Assembly (NCBI RefSeq): GCF_001194135.2
Contig: NC_068984.1
Span: forward strand, 6,268,566 to 6,332,565
Reading direction: 5' to 3'
Length of the DNA stretch: 64,000 nt
Source: Octopus bimaculoides
Lineage: Eukaryota
Shown: positions 12,484-23,716 of the stretch, one piece after another
Position numbering within the stretch: position 1 is the first letter of the stretch
Layout of the letters: each line of letters begins with the position of its first letter
Program-made: the position numbers and the translations under genes
Notes under the pieces: generated by a model
Told to the model about the DNA's origin: nothing
Database searches by the model: none
The model's input: the letters and a program-made list of their open reading frames with translations, nothing else

Positions 12484-13699
12484 TCAAAATACTATAAATG
12501 GAAAAGTGGATAATCACAGTTGAAATGCTTTTCAACAAAGGTGAACTAGGTCAGGGTTGATGTGGTGGTACAAACAACTAACGCTGAGCAATTATTGTCA
12601 TTGTTTATATTCTCATTATCATCCAAAATGTACTCATCCCCATAAGCAATAACACACCATCATTTCAATGATTATGTCACCCTCTCCATCTTCACCTTCT
12701 TCACTGTTATATTACTAACTTAAGCTGTCTAAATGCACATTTTGCACCATCTACTTCGATGCCTTGATTATATTGAGTACAAGTCAGGTTGCAGTTGGTT
12801 TTACCATTTATCTCTAAAGGATCAATAAGATCTATAACAGTAATAAACTGGGACTGATTCAACAATCTGTACCACTTATCACAGCAAAAAATAAAATATT
12901 TTTAAATGTTACAATTTTAAACTTTGTGCCTCATTACAGAGAAAGCCCCTTATTTGTATAAGTCTTATTGCTTTCATTCACAGTGAATATTCTACTTTAC
13001 TTCAACACCATGGAGCACTTCTTATTATCACTCAACCTCATAAAATATGTACTAGTTAAGTAATGTGGTGTTTTCATTGACCACCCCCTCTTAACCAAGT
13101 GTTTAAGATAGAAATCATTACCAATAACATCATCATCATCATCATCATCATGAACAACAGAATTGCAATATTTTTTTTTGGAAATCATACAAGAATGGAG
13201 AATTCATTTTCATCCATGAAAACATAAGCAAGCAAACATATATTCTCTCTTTCTCTCTTACTTATTCCCACATTCACTGTGCAGATACACATTATTGTGA
13301 AAAGTTACAGCATCCATGCATTTGTTTTCAACATCAATAATACAAATGAAGTGGTTCCAACAAGAAACTGAACCTATATTGAAAACTTGGTTCAACCAGA
13401 CCAAAGTTTTATAATTTATAACCAAGACATGCATTTATGTACAATTTATGATGTCAATATGCATTTTTATGCACACATACATGAGCATTTTACTAACAGT
13501 TGTACTTTGGCATAGTTTATGCTTTCTAGAATTAAAAGCATTTCCTTTTGCCAAGCTCAACAAGTTTCTTTTAAGAGGTAGATTCAGTCAATTATAAAAA
13601 TAAGTGATGATTATTATATAAATCTAGGATGGCACCCAAACTAGAACTTCATCAGTTGCAGGCCAACTAGAAAGCTCAACAACAATTCACATTGAAATG

Positions 13700-13960
13700 C
13701 TGCTTACATTTCATACACAATGTAGCTGCTGCACAAATATTCAAAATAACATCATACAGCTGTTTGCCGAAACTTCCCTAGCCAGCACACTACAACCACT
13801 TACCCACAACATATTTCACTTCTCTTTATATCTTTATCACAATAGCTTTGGTTTCTTTGAACCGGCAAGTTATGCACCATGTTGGCCTAAGCCTCGCTCA
13901 CATCATCTTAGCTTATCATCTCTAATGTATCATACCCTATAAACCTTACATTAAACGCTG
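13700..13960 (+). mobile_element. Decayed CR1-group LINE ORF2 C-terminal fragment
   Basis: ORF 13697-13942: IQNNIIQLFAETSLASTLQPLTH...SLYLYHNSFGFFEPASYAP, resembling IQxxAxRLIxxxxLxxxLQPLxHRRxVxxLxLFYxYxxGxCSxELAxxxP. Confidence 0.6.
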
Positions 13961-15020
13961 CCTAATCTTTTCTATTCAGAACTGCAGTTCTTTAGAAGCC
14001 CTGACTGCTACATTTTGATTTTAAGCAATTGACCAAAAGTTCAAGTCAGACATTAAACTCATTAACTCACCAGTGTTAGAGTACCTGAAAAGATCATGGG
14101 AATTTCTCTTGTTTTGTTCATTAAATAATCTTATAAAATAACTTCAACAACAACACAGGTACAATCACACCATGACAATATTAACAATAACATTAAAAAT
14201 AGTACTGTTACTTGCCACTGCTGATGCCATAATCACAACCAGCCATGACCATCACCACTGCTTATGATAACATTAACAATACTGACACCGCCAGCACCTA
14301 TGGTAACCTCTACACATTTTGAACCAATGACAATGGTCTAGTAAAAATAACAACTAAAGCGCCCTCAAATCCCACTTTATACTATATTAGAAAAAGGAAG
14401 ATCTTGTTGGATAATATAGTTCTAGAACGACTATGTCTCAATAGGAAGTGAAATGGTCAAGGCTGAAACGTCCTTGATTATAAAGGTCAGCTAGATTAGG
14501 ACTGACCTAGGTTGAACAACAAAACATTTATAAATACTACCTATATTAATTGTCTGACAAGGCTGCTAATTATATGAGATGACAATTGTAGTACTTACTT
14601 TTCTGAAATGAAAGAAAAAATCAACTGCTGAGATTTGAACACTGAAAATATATGGATAAAACAAAATTCAAGTATTCTGTATTTTTCTATCAACTCACTG
14701 CCCTTTAAGAAAAAAAAATAAAATAAAATAACGGCAACAATAACAATTTCTATAAAATTCCCTCAGAGAACATTTCTGCCAAAGTAGGAAAGAATGAAGT
14801 AAAGGTAAAATACAATGACAATAAATATTGAAGAAAGTAAAAAAAAAAATCAATTTGAAATAAAATGGCACTTGTTAATGGACCCTATTCTCTGAATCAA
14901 AAATACTGACATCATTAGGTAATGGGTTTTCTGGGACACTATAGACTTCATGTTCACAAATCCTTAGTTTTGCATTGAAAAAAAGCACTTTCTGTTTTCT
15001 ATCATTTCTCTCTCCTTCAC

Positions 15021-15120
15021 CATATACTCTCTCATATACACACATACTCTTTCATATACACACATACTCTCTCATATACACACATACTCTCTTGCATACA
15101 CACATACTCTCTCAAATACG
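15021..15120. repeat. 20-bp minisatellite x5 (cacatactctctcatataca)
   Basis: Five consecutive 20-nt units read directly. Confidence 0.9.
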
Positions 15121-15442
15121 CAATACACAGGTGTCCCACAGGTAAAGCCAGACTTAATGATTAATTTGTTAAATGCTGCCTTACTTATGGTACAAGTGAT
15201 GTACGTACACACATGCGTGCGCGCGCGAATGTATGAACTTCCCAGTTATATTTTTCTCTCAATATACTATTTATATTGGTTTCTTTCTTATCTTAATTTC
15301 TTTTTTCTTGCTACATATAACACACACACACACGTTCCTCTTGTAGTTGTTTTCCTACTTTGTTCTTTTTTTTTTTTCCTTATTGATGCAAAATTGTAAG
15401 TTCTCTCAGTCTGAATAGAAACCATTTAGAGAGAAAGAAAGA

Positions 15443-15454
15443 ATGAGAGAGAAG

Positions 15455-15535
<81 letters not shown>
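15443..15535. repeat. (GA)n microsatellite at the start of a ~400-bp purine-rich tract
   Basis: Direct reading; purine bias continues to ~15850. Confidence 0.95.
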
Positions 15536-15537
<2 letters not shown>

Positions 15538-15883
15538 TTTATGTGGGGTGATTTGGGGCAGAGAAAAGTTTGTAATCAGTAGAAGGAACAAGATACAAAT
15601 TGTGTTAAAGATGATAAAAGCCAATTATAAAATGTAGGGAGTGGAGGGTGGTAGAAAGTGGAGATGAGAGGAAAGAAAAATGCAATAAGAGAGAAGGGAG
15701 AGGGAGGAGAGAAGGAGAAAGAGGGAGAGAGACAGAGACAGAGAAGATAAAGAGTTGAAGAGAATTATGGAAAGAGGGTGGAGGAATAAAAAAAAAAATT
15801 AGAAAAGAACAAGTTAGAAGTAGATCATTCAAGACAAAATATATAAACAAAATAAATATATTGATGAATTACATACATTTTAC

Positions 15884-15958
15884 ACACACACACACACACA
15901 CACATTTACTCACACACACATTTACTCACACACACATTCACTCACACACACACACATC
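15884..15958. repeat. (CA)n with cacacacatt(t/c)act sub-units
   Basis: Direct reading. Confidence 0.9.
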
Positions 15959-16679
15959 CACCTCCTGATAAATGTTCTACCTTTGTAAATGTTGAAGGTA
16001 TTTTGATGGATTCAAAGAGAAGTTTTTTTCTTCAACATTTCATCTCTTCATTCTGTACTTATTTTTTTTTTTGTATCTGTGTTTTCATTTGATATACTTT
16101 GTATATTTTGTTTTTTTCCCTTGTATATTTTCTCCCTCTTCCTTTCTTATTTATCTTTTTTATACCTTTGCAACACATTTCTTTTCAAGTCAAAGCTCTC
16201 TGATGAAAGAATTGTTCCAAGTTATGTTCACACACACACACACACTCAAACAAATGCACATTTTTATGCATAATGCATTTATAAATGTGAATGCACACAC
16301 AGATATATATATATAAAAGCTGTCTCATAGATGTACTCAGGCACATATGCATCCATAAAAGTGTGCATACATAATCACAGATGTCTGTGCCTTTATATGC
16401 AAATAAACTGTATACAAATGCACATGGACACATACACTCAAAAATGCATATATGAATTTGTGTACATCTGTATATATTCTAATACTGACTTATATGCATG
16501 TACACCATACATTCTCATACATAATGAGAATCCTGATTATATGTTTTGTGTAAGTTAGATATGTATACACTGGTAATAGTAAAGGAGGAGGAAAATTCCT
16601 TCGAAATATCACAATACATTGATGGGGAAAAAAAAAGTTTTGATAGTTGAGAGAGATACCACTGTAGCTAAAACATTGT

Positions 16680-16945
16680 AGCAACAATAGGGACAACAAC
16701 ATCAACAGCAGCAACTACAAAAACAACAGCAACATTTAATAATAGCTTAGCAAATGCAGTGATGACAATGAATGAGTATAATAATAAGAAGAACAGTAGT
16801 AGCGACAGTAGGAATAGCAACATTAATGATAACTTGACAAATGAAGAGATGACAATGACTAGAGTAATATTAACAACAGCAGCAACAGCAAGATTAGCAA
16901 CAATAGCAGCAGCAGCAGCAAGATTAACAACAGCAATGCAGACAA
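16680..16945. repeat. Degenerate (CAA/CAG)n low-complexity tract
   Basis: aacaacagcagcaacagcaagatt-like units; explains the Ala/Thr- and Val/Ala-rich track ORFs. Confidence 0.85.
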
Positions 16946-17069
16946 CATCTGATGTCATAATTTAAAACAAAAGGCAGCCACTGCTCTGTTTATCAAGTTA
17001 CTGAGATATAACAAACATATCAGCTTTTGTAATCATCATCATCAACATCACCTGCATCCTCATCTGTTA

Positions 17070-17604
17070 ATGTTATTTAGCCCCAAGTGAGTTCTGATTA
17101 AACAGTCCAATGTCAAAGACACTCCAGCCTTGACCATGCCATCTTTTAGTGGGGACACCTTGTATCTAGGATTATATTATATAACTAACGGCACTGTCCG
17201 AGCGTGTTCATTGCCAGAGCAGCTGTCTGGCTTCCGTGCTAGTGGCCCATAAATAGCACCATTTGAGCGTAATCGTTACCAGCGTTGCCTCTAGCACTTG
17301 TGCTGGTGGCACGTTAGAAAATCATTCGATCGAGGTCATTGCCAGTGATGCAGGACTGACTCCTGTGCAGGTGGCATGTAAAAAACACCTTTTTGAGCAT
17401 GGTTGTTGCCAGTACCGTGTGACTGGCCCTCGTGCTGGTGGTACGTAAAAGCACCCACTACACTCTTCGAGTGGTTGGTGTTAGGAAGGGCATCCAGCTG
17501 TAGAAACTCTGCCAGATCAGATTGGAGCCTGGTGCAGCCTTCTGGCTTGCCAGTCCTCAGTCAAATCGTCCAACCCATGCTAGCATGGAAAGCGGACATT
17601 AAAC

Positions 17605-17659
<55 letters not shown>

Positions 17660-17760
17660 GTGACCATTTTAAAGAAAAATGGTTCTGTGAGAGTCTAATT
17701 GGAAGATTATTTGACTGCTATTTCCAGCAGGTTGAACGACCGTGTAGAGGCTTCCTCGAT
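17070..17760 (+). mobile_element. Unclassified dispersed repeat (my 'family D') split by an RTE-type insertion
   Basis: gtatctaggattatatt... (to ~17186) resumes after 17660 as ...gactgctatttccagcaggttgaacgacc. Related copies lie at ~8190-8400, 11150-11230, 12240-12480, 14380-14520, 18240-18310, 37535-37700, 38660-38760, 54165-54350, 55410-55560 and 60350-60500. Confidence 0.55.
17191..17656 (+). mobile_element. 5'-truncated RTE-type element (3' UTR with 2-3 ~66-bp units, long (GAT)n tail)
   Basis: gtgctggtggcacg/taaaagcacc units, ggttggtgttaggaagggcatccagctgtagaaactctgcc, and the ccaacccatgctagcatggaaagcggacattaaac(gat)n tail; aacg flanks both sides (17187-17190 and 17657-17660). Confidence 0.9.
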
Positions 17761-19369
17761 GGGTTGTCATGATAAATGGTACTTAGTGTACTGCAGCTGT
17801 TGCTAATAATTTCAATTATAACAATTGAAATAGTAACTTCTACAAAATTATTCATTTGACAAATAAGTTACATTAGCAATATATGAAATGGTTCTAATTT
17901 GTCACAAATAGCATTTTTATAATTAGCAACAAGTAATTACATTTTATAGCAGAGCATAATGTAATACACCCCACTACTAGAACTTCTTGTATAAATACAG
18001 AGAACAAAATCCTTGATATTAATATAGTTGCACTAATAGCATTGATGATTACAAAGTCTCTAAGTATTGTAATGAAGACAGGTGTAGAAAAGACATTATC
18101 TTTCTCTGACTAAGATATACAAAAACCATTAATCACAATGATAATACTTATCATATGCTTGCAATAAAAAAAATTAAATGAATTTTAAAAGAAATATTGT
18201 TAAATATGTGGTAAATTTCTTGATATTGTTTAAATTGGATCTCAGGGATTTTACCCGCCCTAGATAGAAGCCTTTATGCAGTCAGTTGACCTGCTAGAAA
18301 GAGCTGAAAAAGAATGAGAATAAAGCCACAAAACATTACATAGGAACATTTTGTTAAGATTGTTATTAGCCATTTCTTTCAAAGTTGTTTAAAGATAAAG
18401 AAGCTAAAATTCTCAAGTTACTGTATTAAAGAACATAGCATCACCATTATCATTTAAACATCAGCTTCTCCAAGCTTGCATAGGTTAGATCAGGGGTTGG
18501 CAAAGAGATCAATATTCATTTCTGGGGGGTGAGGTCTATGTGGCTTTTCAAGGCCCAGTAGGCCCAGTGCTGAACTTTTCAAAAGATTGAAGGTCTCCAA
18601 ATGTATGTTTGGATGTAATTTTTCAAAAGTACAATTAATGTCTAAGCTAACATAAAAAAAGCTCAAATTGAAGAAATTTTATGACATTTTCAATATGTGG
18701 AAAATTGAATATGTGGAAATTTAAATATGTCAAAAATTAACCAAAATAAAAGAATGGCCTGAAAATTTCATTTTGACACAAAATAAATAGCTTTTTGTCA
18801 TCCAATGGATGAAAATAGAAGCTAAAGTAAAAAATTTATTTATATCCAGGTGATTAATTTGTTACATTAGCCAGCAAAATTTACTCAAATTTTACAATGT
18901 TTTCCATAATTGTTGTAATTTTGTGGAAAAAGGGCTCAAGGTAACATTCAAAGGCTACTCACTCTTGAAAATTCAAGATATATGCATAATTAAGGATTAG
19001 ATTCCAAAATATTATCCTTTTCCTTTTTTACCAAAAATTGTTGATATTTGATATAAGTTTTGCCAATTTTTACCTATCTTATAATTTTCATAAAATCTTG
19101 GTTTACATTTTCTGATTATAACAAAAATATCCTTCTGAGTGTTTTTTACTTTCTAAAGAAACATGGGAATATGGGAGATCTAGGGATAGCAGTAACATAA
19201 CTTATGAAATAAGAAAGTAAAGTCAATAAGAAGAGTTTACAGGACATAATTTGTGTCATAGATTAAATATGCTTTACAAACATAACTGAAAAAATTTACT
19301 TGACAACAAGAACTATGATGCAGAAAAGTAATTCAGAAGTTGATAACTTGTATTCAGTATCAGATTTTA

Positions 19370-19853
19370 ATTGAATATAATTTACTAAGGCATTTGTTTC
19401 TCTCAAAGATCCTTCTTCTCTAATGAAACAATATCTTGTGAAATGTCCTCCTATTCTACAATTTTTGTACTATGATATAGTCTGTTTTTGCAGCTGATTA
19501 ACTTCTTCATCACAAATCAACCAAGACCTGGTGAATGTGTTTTTCAAATCTGACCTATCTTTTTCCCTAAACGTGTCCTGATTTTTTTGAGAAATTTGTT
19601 ACAGGCCTCCAAACCAGATTCATCAACCTGACCAAATGCATTTGTTCTCATTAGCCCCAATATGACTTAGTAACTTAAGCATGGTTGGTGTAAGGCTGAT
19701 CCAATTTAGGTCTATTTGAAAGAACTAGTAAAGGCCAAATCTGATACTTTAGTAATGTTTTGCATAGATACGATCTATGGTATCAAAGGTTCTCAGAATA
19801 CCAGCTAACTCAGTGCCAAAATATTTTAACTTGCTCAGATCAGTTTCTTTTAT
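19370..19853 (-). pseudogene. RAG1-like / Transib-superfamily DDE transposase relic (C-terminal catalytic region and CX2CX3GHX4C tail), with stops and frameshifts
   Basis: Manual translation: IKETDLSKLKYFGTELAGILRTFDTIDRIYAKHY*SIRFGLY*FFQIDLNWISLTPTMLKLLSH /fs/ LMRTNAFGQVDESGLEACNKFLKKIRTRLGKKIGQ /fs/ DLKNTFTRSWLICDEEVNQLQKQTIS*YKNCRIGGHFTRYC. This parallels RAG1 NYFHKTLAH...ASEGNE(962)SGNKLFRRFR...HHWLYTS and Transib YPWYxMPxTVHKxLxHG...LSEEAQEARNK. Confidence 0.75.
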
Positions 19854-20887
19854 TCTTTAAATTTAATTTAATATATAAAATGACTTAACAATACATGAGA
19901 ATGACACTTTCAAGAAGCCTTTAAACACTAACGTAGCAATATCTTTTACCAAGTTATGATGAAACGGATGTCATACTCAGTAAAAAATTATATCCATTAT
20001 TATATTGATCAAATAATCGAGATGAAGATCAATTTCTTATTTTGTGTACTCATAAAAAATCAACTAAACTTTTGCCCTAGAATTATAAAGAATTGAGACA
20101 TTTTACCAGTATTTAGTGAGTAACTACTTACATTTGTACTAGTAAAAACAAAATATAAACCCAATTTTATTTTAGAAGTTCCACTCTGCAAAAATTACAA
20201 TAGGCATTCCATTTCAACATTTTATACGCAGTTTAATGCTCTCATTTGAGCACTGTTTTTGAAAAACTGCTACAAATGGCTACAACCATCCTGTTGTAAC
20301 ATTCTTTCAAAATTACAAAAGAGATATATTTGAATTTCTTTCACTTACAAAGATTTATATAGACATCAGAGTTTGTCATTTTCTGCCTTCCGGTATGGGC
20401 ATGTTTATGTTATAACATTACATAGAAGAGATTATAGATCTATTACAAAGACATCTGTGCTTTTGGGCTAAACTACTAAATGACCTAACATGTTTCATCA
20501 ATGAAAAATCCAGGTATATTTGGCAGTTCAATTTCCCTTTAATCTGACAAATTATGGTCCTCAATCAAGTGGCAGAATATCAAAACATTTACTCAAGTCT
20601 TCTAGATAGGCCAATTTAGAAGTAAAAAATGGGTTCCTGGCAAAATTTATTTGAAGAAAACATATGCTACTTGTGCCCTTGCATGAAATATGGGTGAGAG
20701 TTCATGAAATATGGTGAGAGAGAGAGAGAAAGAGACCTCCATAAAAACAATAAAAAAATCTTACAATAAGCCATGATCCAAGGCATAACAGACAAATGGA
20801 TCCCATAGGAAAAAGCAAGCGCTACATAAACTGTAGGTATTTTTAACCAAGTAATTATATATATATATTCACCTTATAAGATATATC

Positions 20888-21090
20888 CTTTTCTACTCTG
20901 GGCACAAGGCCTGAAATTTTTGGGGAGGGGGCCAGTCAATTCGATCGACCCCAGTATGCAACTGGCACTTAATTTATCAGCCCTGAAAGGATGAAAGGCA
21001 AAGTCGACCTCAGTGGAATTAGCACAAAGACAGATGAAATACCACTAAGCATGTCGCCGAGTGTGCTAATGTTTCTGCAGCTCACTGCCT
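20888..21090 (-). mobile_element. tRNA-derived SINE with Meta-domain-like core (my 'family B'), 14-bp TSD
   Basis: Minus strand has a tRNA-like head and gactttgcctttcatcctttcagggctgataaattaagtgccag; ttataagatatatc is duplicated at 20874-20887 and 21091-21104. Other copies lie at ~14590-14705, 27175-27335, 30240-30420, 34275-34420, 51620-51800, 56060-56215, 58555-58725 and 61.5-63.6 kb. Confidence 0.8.
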
Positions 21091-22260
21091 TTATAAGATA
21101 TATCATTTTAAAAATTCTGTAAGCAAAGTCAAAAACAAATTAGTGATTCCAGTGAGAAATTTTAGCATTCAGGAATTACATCCACAATAATATGGTTCTG
21201 GCTTTGATCCCAATATGTGGTTCCTTGGGTCAGTGTCTTCTACCATAACTTCAAGTCAGCATAAGCGAGTAGTGAAATTGGGCAGATTAGTGTGTGGAAA
21301 CCTACCAGATGCATAGCCCCAGTTTTTGGGTGGAAGACTTAATCCATCAACAGTTTGGAATTCCCACCTGGCCCTTAGGTGCCTTAAGTAGTATCTACTC
21401 TGTGGCAAGTATTTGGACCAGATCTTCAGTTTCTCATTCACCAATAATCTTAAAGTTTCCCAGAATGGCCATGGGTGCAACTCTTACTCCTCCACTAAGC
21501 TATGAATAATAATAATAAAAAAAGATGATAAAGATTGAGACAATTGGAGATATGCAGTGTTGCAGACTTCCTAGCATGGAAACCAGACTTAACAACTATA
21601 ATTGTTTGTTCACAAGTACACACACACAAATGATTAAATACATTACTAGAGATTCGATAAATTTCTCTAATATGGAGCCATTCATACTATTTAATGGCTC
21701 ATCTGGGATACAGAATGTTATATTCTTTCATTATAAATGTATACCATTGAGAAGAAAAGGCTTGTATATAATGGATATTAAATTTGATTACCAGCTTTTC
21801 ATCTGTAAATTAATCCCTCTGCAAGTGTTTCATTGTCTCTTTCAACAAAACACTAGTCTTTCTACACTTGCCTTAGTATACCTAGCAACGGAATTAATAC
21901 TGAGCCATCCACAAATATCTGACAAGAAACTTTAGCTCGATCTTGAGGAAAATTTTAATATTTTCAGAATCTAGAGTTAAGTAATACTCTTAAGAATCAA
22001 TATTATTCTTGAAAAAAATCTTGTTATCTAAATTTATCAATGTAAAATTTTTGCCAATGCAAACCATCACCAATTTTCTTGGATTCTGAATTTTACTGTA
22101 TTTATGTAAAAGTTATGTTTAGCTTATAGTTTGTTAATTAGTCTCTTATGCATTCACTAATTGTTGTTCAGCTCTTTCTATTTATATTCTCATTATCATT
22201 TGCCGAGAAGTAATTCATTTCTACTTGAAGTTTTTGCTTTTGTTTCACTTAATTTTGAAA

Positions 22261-22261
22261 A

Positions 22262-22307
<46 letters not shown>

Positions 22308-22313
22308 GGTGGT
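22261..22313. repeat. (AGT)n(GGT)n compound microsatellite
   Basis: Direct reading. Confidence 0.95.
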
Positions 22314-22542
22314 GTCTTTATGTTTTGTTTTGTTACCCAATCAGCTCAGTTGTTGACTTCCTATTGAAATATAATACAACTACTAGAAAAAAAAAGGCAG
22401 TGTTTTTACATTACTAAAGAAATCAATGGATCATTTGTTTAACTGACAAGTGAAATCCATTATCACCCTTTAGGGAGTGATGTGGTTGTTTATGAGGTGG
22501 TTTCTCTTCTTCTTCTTCTTGTGGTTGCTTTCATTCACTTAG

Positions 22543-22607
22543 ATATGATTGATTGGTTGAAAATTCCAAGATTAACGGGGTTGAGAGGGAAGGAGGTTAA
22601 AGGCGCT
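22543..22607 (+). other. Candidate 65-nt exon ((D)MIDWLKIPRLTGLRGKEVKGA)
   Basis: Pyrimidine tract + ttcacttAG acceptor, open frame, GCT|gtaagc donor; no homology recognised. Confidence 0.2.
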
Positions 22608-23716
22608 GTAAGCTGCCAATGTTCATTTACTGCCTCTCATCAAACTCCATTTCCCCTTCCCTCCCGCCTACAAACTAACATAATCGACATCATCATCATC
22701 ATCATCATCCTTAACAGTATCACAATAATGCACCCACCCACCACAATTCCAGTGGCCCAGATGAGTAAAGTAGGTAATGCATTTAGTAATTTTAAGCTGA
22801 TTGATAGATGCTTTATTTAGAAGTTTCTGGAAACATCTATTGTGAAGCGGAAATGGGAGTCACATACATTGCTGCTTCCTTTTTAACTATGCCTGGAGGA
22901 AGAACGCAAGAAAGAGTCTTAGAATTCTGTAAAATTATTTTAGTCTGTTTATTTCTTCATGAATTGATCATGGATGGTTGCATGGATGGATGGATGGATG
23001 GTTGGATAGATGGATTGTTGGATGGGGTGGTGAGGAAAGAAAAAGAGGAAGAGAGAGATTAAAATAGGGATGGATTGAAGAAAGGATTGATGGATTGAAT
23101 AATAGAATGACATGTAAAGTAAAAGTGCTCTCTGCCTCTCTCTCTCTGCCTCTCTCTCTTTCTCTCTCTCCATACACAAAGACATACATATACCAACGAA
23201 CTATATATATATATATATATATAATAAATTTTTAAAATGTATTGATTAGTATTATCCTTATTTAAAAAAAAAAATTCTCTACAATGTGTGTGTGTTTGTG
23301 TTTGTGTGTGTGTGTGTTTGTGTTTGTGTGTGTGTGTGTAGCTATATTGAAATAACAGCACTTACAAGTCTAGTTATGTTTCTTTCTATTTACCATTTGT
23401 CTGAGGGGATTAGTATAAGGGAAAATCTTAGGTATATTTGTATAGGTATGCATTTTTAGGGTGGAGTAGGAGTGTTGTTAATTTTAGGAAGTGACTGTTA
23501 ATTGATAGATAGACCAGTACCAGTTCTTGAGTGGAAAACTTAATCTGTCACCCAGTTTGAAATTACCATTTGGCCTTTAGGTGCCTTCAGTAGATGAGTA
23601 TGATGGTGATGATGAATTTTGTTAATATTTGAGGGTAAAAGAGTAAGGTTAACGTAGACAGAATTTAAGCACAAAGATATGACACTGATTCAACTAGATG
23701 CTTTAAATTATCTATG

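Noticed and set aside
14599-14602. 4-nt minus-strand microexon (ttcatttcAG|AAAA|gtaagt)
   Set aside because: It lies within a degenerate family B SINE, whose consensus supplies these motifs. It is frame-shifting and unsupported.
16668-16965. Ala/Thr/Val-rich ORFs on both strands
   Set aside because: Translation of a degenerate CAA/CAG triplet repeat.
18134-18140. CACAATG heptamer as the TIR/RSS of the RAG1-like element (also CACAGTG at 12979, ~29234, ~38067, ~58966, ~61521)
   Set aside because: There is no matching inverted partner and no nonamer at a 12- or 23-nt spacing. Isolated 7-mers are expected by chance.
18490-18505. caggggttggcaaa as a hAT or Tc1 TIR
   Set aside because: It follows a degenerate reverse RTE tail (catcaccattatcatttaaac...gcataggttag) and is probably part of it; no partner TIR was found.
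21525-21935. 136-aa ORF (likewise the 115-aa ORF at 11231-11578)
   Set aside because: No recognisable motif and no convincing splice context; cannot be supported beyond chance.
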